Source of the DNA: Terriglobales bacterium
Lineage (GTDB): Bacteria > Acidobacteriota > Terriglobia > Terriglobales > Acidobacteriaceae
Length of the DNA: 64,000 nt
Reading direction: 5' to 3'
Assembly: GCA_049300475.1 (NCBI GenBank)
Contig: JBAQJU010000335.1
Coordinates: 10,578-74,577, forward strand
Shown here: piece after piece, positions 20,743-28,685 of the stretch
How positions within the stretch are numbered: the stretch's first letter is position 1
Layout: each line of letters opens with the position of its first letter
Made by a program: the position numbers and the translations under genes
Notes under the pieces: generated by a model
Database searches by the model: none
Told to the model about the DNA's origin: nothing
Seen by the model: the letters and a program-made list of their open reading frames with translations, nothing else

Positions 20743-22493
20743 TCCGCAGCCTGAAGTCTGACCTCACCACGAAGGCACGGAGTCACAGAGAAAAACGCGA
20801 CTTGTTCGTGTTTGACTTGCTCCGTGTCGCCGTGTCTCCGTGGTTAATCGCACTGTTGCTCGCAGCAGCGAGTAGCGCGCAAACCATCACCTTCCGCGAC
20901 ATTGCCGCTCAAGCCGGCATTCATTTCACCCATAACAATGGAGCGTTTGGGAAGAAGTGGCTGCCCGAAACAATGGGCCCGGGCTGCGCTTTCATTGATT
21001 ACGATAACGACGGCTGGCCCGACATTCTGCTCGTCAATGGAACAGATTGGCCGGGACATGCAAAAAACGGCGCGACGACTCTGAAGCTCTACCACAACAA
21101 TCGGGATGGCACGTTCAGTGATGTGACTCGCAGATCTGGCCTGGGGATCGCGCTCTTCGGCATGGGCGTCGCCATCGGCGATTACGACAACGACGGGTTC
21201 GACGACATCTTTATTACTGCCGTTGGCCAAAGCCATCTCTTCCACAACAACGGGAATGGAACGTTCACCGACGTCACGAAGCCCGCGGGGCTGTGGGGCC
21301 CGAGCGAGTTCTCGACCAGCGCGGCCTGGGTCGACTACGATCGCGATGGGAAGCTCGATCTCGTCGTTGCCAACTATGTGCAGTGGTCGGAGCAAACCGA
21401 TCTTTACTGCACGCTCGATGGCGCGCATAAGTCTTACTGCACGCCCGAATCGTACAAGGGAACGTCGGTTCGCCTCTGGCATAACTTAGGCAATGGCAAA
21501 TTTGAAGACGCGACGCGGAAGGCAGGACTTTATGATGAAAGCTCGAAAAGTCTGGGCATCGCGATCCTCGACTATAACAATGACGGTTGGCCTGACATCT
21601 TCATTACGAACGACACCCAGCCCAACAAGCTTTACCTGAACAAAAAGAATGGCAGCTTTGAAGAGCGCGCCGTTCCTGCCGGCATCGCCTTCAGCGAAGA
21701 TGGAATTGCCCGAGCCGGCATGGGCGTGGACGCCGCCGACTACGACCGTTCGGGCAGCGCCAGCCTGATCATTACAAATTTTGCCAATCAGATGCTCGCG
21801 CTCTACCACAACGAGGGCAACGGACTTTTCGTGGACGAGGCTCCCACGTCCGAGGTTGGGCGGGCCACCCTTCTTACGCTTGGTTTCGGTTGCTTCTTCT
21901 TCGACTACGATAACGACGGCTGGCCCGACATTTTCGTGGCCGACGGCCACATCGAAAACGAGATTGAGCGCGTGCAGAGGCGCGTTAGTTATGCTGAGCC
22001 CCCACACCTGTTCCGCAACCTGGGTGGGGGAAAGTTCGAGGAAGTTACGGCCAAGGCCGGCGCGAGCTTTGCTGCTGCAAAAGTCGGGCGGGGCGCGGCT
22101 TATGCAGACATCAATAACGATGGCGCGCTCGACATCCTAATGATGACGAACGGCGGCGCGGCGCATCTTTATCGCAACGAAGGCGGCACCAATCAGAGCC
22201 TGCGCGTGAAGCTGGTGGGAACGAAATCGAATCGCGATGGGATCGGCGCGGTGGTGCGGCTGTCTGCCGCCGCCGAAAAGCAGTGGCAGACGATGCGCTC
22301 AGGCTCCAGCTACCTGTCGCAGAGCGAACTGGTGCTGACGTTTGGCTTGGGCTCTAGAACAAAAGCTGACGCGCTGGAAATCCAGTGGCCGAGCGGGCAG
22401 GTGGATAAGCTGTCGAATGTCTCTGCCGGGCAGACGGTGACGGTTCAGGAAGCGAAGGGTGTGATCTGGGCTCGGCAGTATGGGAAGAGATAG
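20739..22493 (+). CDS. CRTAC1-family protein (FG-GAP/VCBS repeats plus ASPIC/UnbV domain)
   Basis: DYDNDGWPDI-type repeats recur. The C-terminal NRDGIGAVVRL...GSSYLSQSELVLTFGLG matches UnbV_ASPIC. The GTG start overlaps the upstream stop (GTGA). The first ~35 codons are a REP element, so the true start may be TTG near 20817. Confidence 0.8.
   Translation: MIRSLKSDLTTKARSHREKRDLFVFDLLRVAVSPWLIALLLAAASSAQTITFRDIAAQAGIHFTHNNGAFGKKWLPETMGPGCAFIDYDNDGWPDILLVNGTDWPGHAKNGATTLKLYHNNRDGTFSDVTRRSGLGIALFGMGVAIGDYDNDGFDDIFITAVGQSHLFHNNGNGTFTDVTKPAGLWGPSEFSTSAAWVDYDRDGKLDLVVANYVQWSEQTDLYCTLDGAHKSYCTPESYKGTSVRLWHNLGNGKFEDATRKAGLYDESSKSLGIAILDYNNDGWPDIFITNDTQPNKLYLNKKNGSFEERAVPAGIAFSEDGIARAGMGVDAADYDRSGSASLIITNFANQMLALYHNEGNGLFVDEAPTSEVGRATLLTLGFGCFFFDYDNDGWPDIFVADGHIENEIERVQRRVSYAEPPHLFRNLGGGKFEEVTAKAGASFAAAKVGRGAAYADINNDGALDILMMTNGGAAHLYRNEGGTNQSLRVKLVGTKSNRDGIGAVVRLSAAAEKQWQTMRSGSSYLSQSELVLTFGLGSRTKADALEIQWPSGQVDKLSNVSAGQTVTVQEAKGVIWARQYGKR
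20757..20848. repeat. REP family 2 element inside the annotated 5' end of the CRTAC1 gene
   Basis: CACCACGAAGGCACGGAGTCACAGAG...CTCCGTGTCGCCGTGTCTCCGTGG. It has the same core as 8631-8755 and 54456-54560. Confidence 0.65.
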
Positions 22494-22544
22494 AGGCGTC
22501 ACTTTCGAATAACTGGGCGTGTGTCTTCCTGAGCGGAGCAGTTC

Positions 22545-22572
22545 ATCCGCGAAGCGGATGAACCGCGGAGTC
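22545..22572. repeat. GC-rich hairpin (REP-like) in an intergenic region
   Basis: GTTCATCCGC gaa GCGGATGAAC is a perfect 10-bp stem. A second hairpin follows nearby: GGAGTTGCGC ttat GCGCAACCCC. Confidence 0.6.
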
Positions 22573-22740
22573 GAAGGATCCCTATCCCCCGGTTCGAATG
22601 TTCAGGATGCTCTTGATGTCTCTCGCGCTTTCAATTTGCCGGGTGTAGGGGTGCTTCGGCTGCGCCGGAGTTGCGCTTATGCGCAACCCCAGCTTGACAT
22701 TGCTTTATCTTGAGACCGCTATAATTCGACCAGTTTTCTC

Positions 22741-25700
22741 ATGGGAGCGATGAAACGAACTTACCTCTTGCTCGCGGTGGTCACCACCCTTGCTCTTGCG
22801 CTACTGAGCGCATCTTCATCCTCCGATCCCGCAGAAGCCGCTCGCCTCAACAATCTCGGGGTCGCCTACATGGACCAGCAGCTCTTCGAAAAGGCGCTGA
22901 AGGCCTTCGAAGAAGCGGCCGCCAAAGATCCGGCGCTGAAAGTCACAACCCTTAATCGCGGCGTGGCATTGCTCAATCTGCAGAAGGTTGAAGACGCAAA
23001 GGTGCTGCTTGAGAAAGCCGCCAAAGACGATCCCACCGACGCGCGTGCCTGGTTCAACCTCGGCCTCTACTACAAGAATTCGGCGAACTCCGAGGCCGCG
23101 TTGGGCGCGTTTCGCCGCGTCATCGACATCGATCCCAATGACGCCGACACCTGGTATTTTTTCGGCTCAACTTATGCGCAACTGAAACAATTTCCCGAAG
23201 CGATTGCCGCCTTTGAGCACGCGTTGAAGATCGATCCGCTGCACGCCTCCGCCCAGTTCGGGCTGGCACGAGCCTACCAGCAATCGGGGCAGACCGATCC
23301 CGCGCATGAGGCGATGAAGAGATTCCAATACGTTACGCAGAAGAAGCTGGGCGCGCCGATCAGCTTGATCTATGGCGAGCAAGGGAAATACTCGCGAGCG
23401 GAAGAATCGCCGCTGGCAGTGCAGAAAGTCCTGCCCCAGATTGACGTGAAGTTTGTGGATGTGTCCCTGCCGTCGAAACCCGGCCCGTATTTTGGAGCTC
23501 CAAGTCCTCCGACGAGTCTGGGACCCGGCTATTTGGGGCCGGGGGCGTGTTTTCTCGACTACGACAATGATGGTCGCATCGATCTTTTCCTTGCCAACAA
23601 CGGTGCACAAGGCGGCATGACGCTGTATCACAACGTAGGCAATGGAAAGTTCGAAGATGTTACGGCTGAGGCGGGATTTGATCCGAAGAACAGCGTAGTT
23701 GGCTGTACGGCAGGCGACTATGACAATGACGGCTTCGAGGACCTAGCGCTAGGCTTCTTAAACGCAATCAAGCTGTACCACAACGAGAAAAACGGGAAAT
23801 TCAAGGATGTGAACGAGGTATCCGGTGCGACTCGCCCCAGGTTCCCAAGTGCTCTCCCGTCGGAATTCTGGGGGTATGTGTATGGCCTCACCTTCGTGGA
23901 CTACGATCACGACGGGGACCTAGATCTGTATTCGGCCGGTACGGACAACGAGTGTGGGCGAACCCGAATGGCGTCGCCCCAGGTACCCACGATCCAGGAG
24001 ATGGAGGAAGCAGAGAAACAAGAAAAGGTAAAGCCGAAGCCAGAGGTGCCTTCGGAAGATGTCCCACTCGGCTCCTGCGGGCCCGGCAATATGATGTTTC
24101 GCAACAACGGGGATGGATCCTTCACGAGGGTGGAACACCAAACTGGGTTGACGGGTGAAGATCGGGGCGGTTCCCAAGGGAAGGGCGGCCTCAATGCGAT
24201 CGGCAGCGACATTAACAATGATCGCGCCGTCGATCTGGTAACCGCCCAGGTGACCCTCAACCCCATCGTCTACTTAAATCCCCGCGAAGGGAAGTTTATT
24301 CCCCTAAAGACCCCACGTGACGCCAAGACCGGTGGTGCGCACGGTTTAGCTGTACTCGACTTTGATCACGACGGTTGGATGGACATTGCGTTTACGCAGT
24401 CGGGCGAGCCAGGGCTGGTGCTTTGGCGCAATATTCTCGGGAAAGAATTTGCGCCGGTGAAGCTTCCGCAAACGGACTGGGTGCGTGCCTTCGGCATCGT
24501 CGCCTTCGACTACGACAACGACGGCTGGGTCGACCTCGCCGCCGTTGGCGAAACGAAAGACGGGCGCGGAGAGGTTCGGCTCTTTCGCAATCTCGGACCG
24601 GACGGATGGAAAGATGTCACCGCCGATGTTGGTCTCGACAAGATTCAACTCAAAGAGCCACGCGCCATCATCGCGGGCGATTACGATAACGACGGAGCTG
24701 TCGATCTCCTGATCACACAAAACCACGGGCCGGCTGTTTTGCTCCGCAATGAGGGCGGCAACAAGAACAATTCGCTGCGGCTTGCGCTCAAGGGGCTGAA
24801 CGACAACAAGTCGGCCATTGGCGCGAAAGTTGAAGTCTTCTCGGATGGCATTCGACAGAAGTTTGAGGTTTATGGGTCATCCGGATATCTTGGGCAGAAC
24901 TCGCCTTATCTCACGATCGGTCTTGGGCAGGCGAAGCAGGCTGATGTCGTCCGATTGCTTTGGCCCACGGGCGTTCTGCAGGACGAGGTTGAAGTCGCTG
25001 CCAACAAGTTGCAGCACATTCAGGAACTGGACCGGCGCGGCAGTTCCTGTCCTACGCTCTTTGCGTGGGATGGCACGCATTATGCGCTGGTCGGCGATAT
25101 GTTGGGCGCGGGGGTAATCGGACACTGGATTGCGGCTGGCGACCCTCAGGGGCTAAAGCCCCAATCCGTGAAGGCTCGGAGCGGCACGGCTGAAGCCGTG
25201 CCCTACCCAAAGCCGTCGGCTGAAGACGCGTCTCACACAACGACAATTGCGGAATCGCACTCGGGTGTTGTGCGCAACATTCCACGTCCAACGGAGGCCA
25301 TCAAACTCGACCGCGATGCTCTGCGTGAAAAGGATGGGGAGCTCAGCTTCCGCTTCATGGAGCCGCTGGAAGAGTCCGTCTATCTCGACCAGGTTCAGTT
25401 GCTGGCTGTCGATCATCCCGCGGACCTTGATGTTTATCCCAACGAATATTTCGCGAGCAATCCGCCGTACCCGCCCTTCAAGGTTGTGTTCAGCAACAAG
25501 AAAGATGCGCGGCCGCCGGCCGGAGCCTGGGACGATCACGGCCACAATGTTCTTCCCGACCTGCTGGCACATCGCTACTTTGGCGACTTCAAGGTGCTGC
25601 CGTTTCTGGGTTTCGCCGAGCCGCACTCGCTCGAACTCGATCTCGGCGCGCCCTACGACGGAGGGCCGCTGTGGCTGCTCATGCATGGCGAGATCGAATA

Positions 25701-26475
25701 CTACAGCGCGACCAGCATGTATGCGGCTGATCAAGCCGGGTTGCGCCCGATTGCTCCCTACGTCGAAGCGCAGAGCGAAAAAGGAAACTGGGTGCGGGTT
25801 GTCGATGATCTTGGATTTCCGGCGGGCGGCGCGCGCACCATGACTGCCGATCTTACTGGCAAGCTTCCGCTGGGCACACGCCGGATTCGACTCACTACCA
25901 ATTTGCAAATTTATTGGGACAACATTCTTATCAGCCGGACTCGGCAGGAGGAAACGCACGGACGAGGTGCCCGCGCCTCCATCACGCCCGTTCCGCTGGT
26001 GCGCGCCAATCTTGGTTTCCACGGTTTCCCACTCAAGATCGAAGGCCAACCGCCTGGCAACGTGAAATACATTTATGAGAAGACGAGCGCCACCGGCCCT
26101 TACACGCGCCCCGCCGGAGCCTACACGCGCTATGGCGACGTGCTCCCGCTGTTGACCGCGGTTGACGATAAGTTTGCCGTCTTCGGTTCCGGCGATGAAG
26201 TCGCGCTCGATTTCGATCCCACAAGCCTTCCCGCGCTCCCTTCGGGTTGGGCGCGCGACTATTTCTTCATCGCCAACGGCTACGAAAAAGATATGGATTT
26301 CTATGCTTACCGCGGCGGCACGGTCGAGCCAATGCCGTTCCGCGATATGACCGCTTACCCATATCACGGGCAGTCTTTTCCAAACGATGCCGATCACCTC
26401 AACTATTTGCTCGAATACAACACCCGATTCATGTCCAGCAACGAGGCTCGCGGGTATTCATTTAGATATCACTGA
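22741..26475 (+). CDS. Large TPR plus FG-GAP/VCBS plus ASPIC/UnbV protein with a ~470-aa uncharacterised C-terminal region
   Basis: 1244 aa with a signal peptide. It has N-terminal TPRs, many DYDNDG/DYDHDG repeats and an UnbV-like segment (NKSAIGAKVEVF...SGYLGQNSPYLTIGLG). A long C-terminal region was not recognised. Confidence 0.8.
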   Translation: MGAMKRTYLLLAVVTTLALALLSASSSSDPAEAARLNNLGVAYMDQQLFEKALKAFEEAAAKDPALKVTTLNRGVALLNLQKVEDAKVLLEKAAKDDPTDARAWFNLGLYYKNSANSEAALGAFRRVIDIDPNDADTWYFFGSTYAQLKQFPEAIAAFEHALKIDPLHASAQFGLARAYQQSGQTDPAHEAMKRFQYVTQKKLGAPISLIYGEQGKYSRAEESPLAVQKVLPQIDVKFVDVSLPSKPGPYFGAPSPPTSLGPGYLGPGACFLDYDNDGRIDLFLANNGAQGGMTLYHNVGNGKFEDVTAEAGFDPKNSVVGCTAGDYDNDGFEDLALGFLNAIKLYHNEKNGKFKDVNEVSGATRPRFPSALPSEFWGYVYGLTFVDYDHDGDLDLYSAGTDNECGRTRMASPQVPTIQEMEEAEKQEKVKPKPEVPSEDVPLGSCGPGNMMFRNNGDGSFTRVEHQTGLTGEDRGGSQGKGGLNAIGSDINNDRAVDLVTAQVTLNPIVYLNPREGKFIPLKTPRDAKTGGAHGLAVLDFDHDGWMDIAFTQSGEPGLVLWRNILGKEFAPVKLPQTDWVRAFGIVAFDYDNDGWVDLAAVGETKDGRGEVRLFRNLGPDGWKDVTADVGLDKIQLKEPRAIIAGDYDNDGAVDLLITQNHGPAVLLRNEGGNKNNSLRLALKGLNDNKSAIGAKVEVFSDGIRQKFEVYGSSGYLGQNSPYLTIGLGQAKQADVVRLLWPTGVLQDEVEVAANKLQHIQELDRRGSSCPTLFAWDGTHYALVGDMLGAGVIGHWIAAGDPQGLKPQSVKARSGTAEAVPYPKPSAEDASHTTTIAESHSGVVRNIPRPTEAIKLDRDALREKDGELSFRFMEPLEESVYLDQVQLLAVDHPADLDVYPNEYFASNPPYPPFKVVFSNKKDARPPAGAWDDHGHNVLPDLLAHRYFGDFKVLPFLGFAEPHSLELDLGAPYDGGPLWLLMHGEIEYYSATSMYAADQAGLRPIAPYVEAQSEKGNWVRVVDDLGFPAGGARTMTADLTGKLPLGTRRIRLTTNLQIYWDNILISRTRQEETHGRGARASITPVPLVRANLGFHGFPLKIEGQPPGNVKYIYEKTSATGPYTRPAGAYTRYGDVLPLLTAVDDKFAVFGSGDEVALDFDPTSLPALPSGWARDYFFIANGYEKDMDFYAYRGGTVEPMPFRDMTAYPYHGQSFPNDADHLNYLLEYNTRFMSSNEARGYSFRYH
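25146..25225. repeat. REP-like hairpin cluster lying in-frame inside the 1244-aa CDS
   Basis: GGGGCT aa AGCCCC (25149-25162) and GGCACGG ctgaag CCGTGCC (25183-25202). The same motif occurs in the intergenic copies at 54961-54981 and 55015-55028. The translation is GLKPQSVKARSGTAEAVPYPKP. Confidence 0.6.
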
Positions 26476-26588
26476 TTCAATCGCTACGCCCGGACGAGGC
26501 AAAGCCCCGTCAGGACACCGCGCGCTCCCCATGCCGTCGCAACGGCTGGTTTATAATTAAGAAATTCCAGCTTCCGGCATGGAGTATT

Positions 26589-26637
26589 TCTGACGGAATA
26601 AGTCTGTAGCCTGACGTAATCAGTCTGACGGAGCAAT
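26589..26637. repeat. Heptad-periodic stop-rich spacer upstream of ppiD
   Basis: TCTGACG GAATAAG TCTGTAG CCTGACG TAATCAG TCTGACG GAGCAAT. It ends 6 nt before ATG 26644. Confidence 0.7.
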
Positions 26638-26643
26638 CTAACT

Positions 26644-28632
26644 ATGATTCGACAGCTTCAAAATGCAGGGCCAACGCTGAAGTTCATTCTGGGCGCGCTC
26701 CTGGTCATCATTTGCGGCGGCATGGTGATCACCCTCATCCCCGGCGGCTTCGGCTCCAACTTCGGTTTGGGCGGCGCGCCTGCGGCCGGAGTTCTCGCCA
26801 CCATCGGTGATCAGAACGTTACTGTGCTCGAAGTGCAGCGTGCGGCAAGACAGATGATCCAGCAGCAGTTTCCGCGCGGCGGACCACAAGCCGCCATGCT
26901 GATACCCTATTTCACCCGCCAGGCTGCCCAGCAGCTCATTGATGAGAAGGCGATGGTAGCAGAGGCGCACCGCCTGGGCCTGCGCACCAATGACGACGAA
27001 CTGCGCGATGAACTTCAGCACGGGCAGCTCGGGGCAACTTTGTTTCCCGATGGCAAGTTTGTTGGCCAGGAACAGTACGCAGACTTCGTTCAGCGGAACG
27101 ACATGACGGTTCCGGAGTTTGAGGCGCGCGTGGGGGACTTCATTCTCAGGAACAAGCTGCAAGCGCTGGTTTCCAGCACGGCCTTTGTGACGGACTCCGA
27201 AGTGCGCGATGAGTTCGAGCGCCGCAACACGAAAATCAAGTTTGAATACGCCGTGATCACGCAGGGCGACATACTGAAAGGGTTGCACCCCACGGACGAA
27301 GAACTGAAGGCGTTTTACGATCGCAGCAAGGCGAGCTATGCCAATTCCGTTCCAGAGAAGCGAAAGATTCAATACGTTGTAATCGATTCCGCCAAGATGG
27401 CGGCCGCTCAGAACGTTACCGAGCAAGAGTTACAGTCCTATTACGATCAGCACCGCGACGAATACCGCGTGCCCGAGCAGGTGAAGGTTCGCCACATTCT
27501 GATCAAGATCCCCCTGCCGGCTTCCGGCGCCAAGGAAGATGAGAAAGCTGTCACCGCGGCGCGCGCCAAAGCCGAAGATGTTCTAAAGCAACTCAAGGCT
27601 GGTGGAGACTTCGCCAAGCTGGCGGAAAAGTATTCCGAGGATCCGGGCAGCGCCAAGAACGGCGGCGAGTTGGGCTGGATCGGGCGGGGACGTACCGTTC
27701 CGGAGTTCGAAAAGGCTGCCTTCTCGCTTCCCAAGGGGCAGATCAGCGATCTGGTCAAGTCGAGCTACGGCTTCCACATTATCCAGGTAGAAGATAAGCA
27801 GGATGCTCATCTCAAGACGTTCGCCGACGCGAAAAGTGAGATTCAGGAGAAGGTGAAGCAGGAGAAAGCCCAGCGCGCCACTGAAGTCGCGGCCAACAGC
27901 TTGCTGAGTGCGGCGCGCACCGATGGCTTGGACAAGGCAGCCGCCGCCAAAAGCGAGCCTGTGGTGACAACCGACTTCTTTAGCCACACCGATAGCTTGC
28001 CTGGCCTGGGCGCAAATTCGCAATTCATGGATGCCGTCTTTAATGAGCCCGACAAGGCTCCGGCCGATGTCGTACAGTTGCCGCAGGGGTACGTGGTTTT
28101 CCAGTTGGTAGCAATCAAGCCGCCGGCGACACCCACATTTGAAGAGATTCGTGGGCGCGTCGAGACGGAATTCAAGAACCAGCGGGCCAGCTTTCTCCTG
28201 CAGCAAAAAACGCAGGAGCTTGCGGACCGCGCCAAGGCTGGCCATGACTTGAAAAAGGTAGCCAAGGATCTGGGAGCGGATTTCAAGACCAGTGATTTCG
28301 TCGCGCCCGACGGCCAGGTTCCCGGCATCGGCTCTCTGGCCGGTCCGGCGAGCGCCATTTTTTCGCTGAAGCCCGGCGAGATGAGCAGCCCCATCGTTGC
28401 CGGTGCAGATGGCATTGTCGCGCAGTTGCTGGAAAAGCAGCAGCCGACGGATCAGGAGTTTGCGGCGAAAAAGGATGAGATCCGCGAATCGCTTCTGGAG
28501 GCCAAACAGGGCGAAATGTTCCAGCTTTTCGTGGCGAATCTGCGCAAAGACATGGAAAAGTCGAAGCTTATCAAGATCAATGAGGAAGAGATGAAGAACC
28601 TGACCCGTCAGAACGCGGAAGAAGGTTCCTAG
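26644..28632 (+). CDS. ppiD: Periplasmic chaperone / peptidyl-prolyl isomerase PpiD-like (SurA-N plus parvulin domain)
   Basis: 662 aa with an N-terminal TM anchor. It has a parvulin rotamase motif (VKVRHILIK...GGELGWIGRGRTVPEFEKAAFSL...SSYGFHIIQVEDK). Confidence 0.8.
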   Translation: MIRQLQNAGPTLKFILGALLVIICGGMVITLIPGGFGSNFGLGGAPAAGVLATIGDQNVTVLEVQRAARQMIQQQFPRGGPQAAMLIPYFTRQAAQQLIDEKAMVAEAHRLGLRTNDDELRDELQHGQLGATLFPDGKFVGQEQYADFVQRNDMTVPEFEARVGDFILRNKLQALVSSTAFVTDSEVRDEFERRNTKIKFEYAVITQGDILKGLHPTDEELKAFYDRSKASYANSVPEKRKIQYVVIDSAKMAAAQNVTEQELQSYYDQHRDEYRVPEQVKVRHILIKIPLPASGAKEDEKAVTAARAKAEDVLKQLKAGGDFAKLAEKYSEDPGSAKNGGELGWIGRGRTVPEFEKAAFSLPKGQISDLVKSSYGFHIIQVEDKQDAHLKTFADAKSEIQEKVKQEKAQRATEVAANSLLSAARTDGLDKAAAAKSEPVVTTDFFSHTDSLPGLGANSQFMDAVFNEPDKAPADVVQLPQGYVVFQLVAIKPPATPTFEEIRGRVETEFKNQRASFLLQQKTQELADRAKAGHDLKKVAKDLGADFKTSDFVAPDGQVPGIGSLAGPASAIFSLKPGEMSSPIVAGADGIVAQLLEKQQPTDQEFAAKKDEIRESLLEAKQGEMFQLFVANLRKDMEKSKLIKINEEEMKNLTRQNAEEGS

Positions 28633-28638
28633 GGCCTA

Positions 28639-28673
28639 GAGCCGACAACTGATAGCCGACAACTGAGAGCTGA
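28639..28673. repeat. 14-nt tandem, stop-rich spacer between ppiD and malQ
   Basis: AGCCGACAACTGAT AGCCGACAACTGAG AGCTGAG. It shares the word CAACTGAGA with the nuoL-nuoM spacer in sense orientation. Confidence 0.75.
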
Positions 28674-28685
28674 GAATTTTCTTTG

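Noticed and set aside
22694-22725. TTGACA ... TATAAT upstream of the 1244-aa gene, considered as a consensus sigma-70 promoter.
   Set aside because: The spacer is 20 nt (16-19 is functional). The transcript would have almost no leader. It is kept only as a weak possibility.
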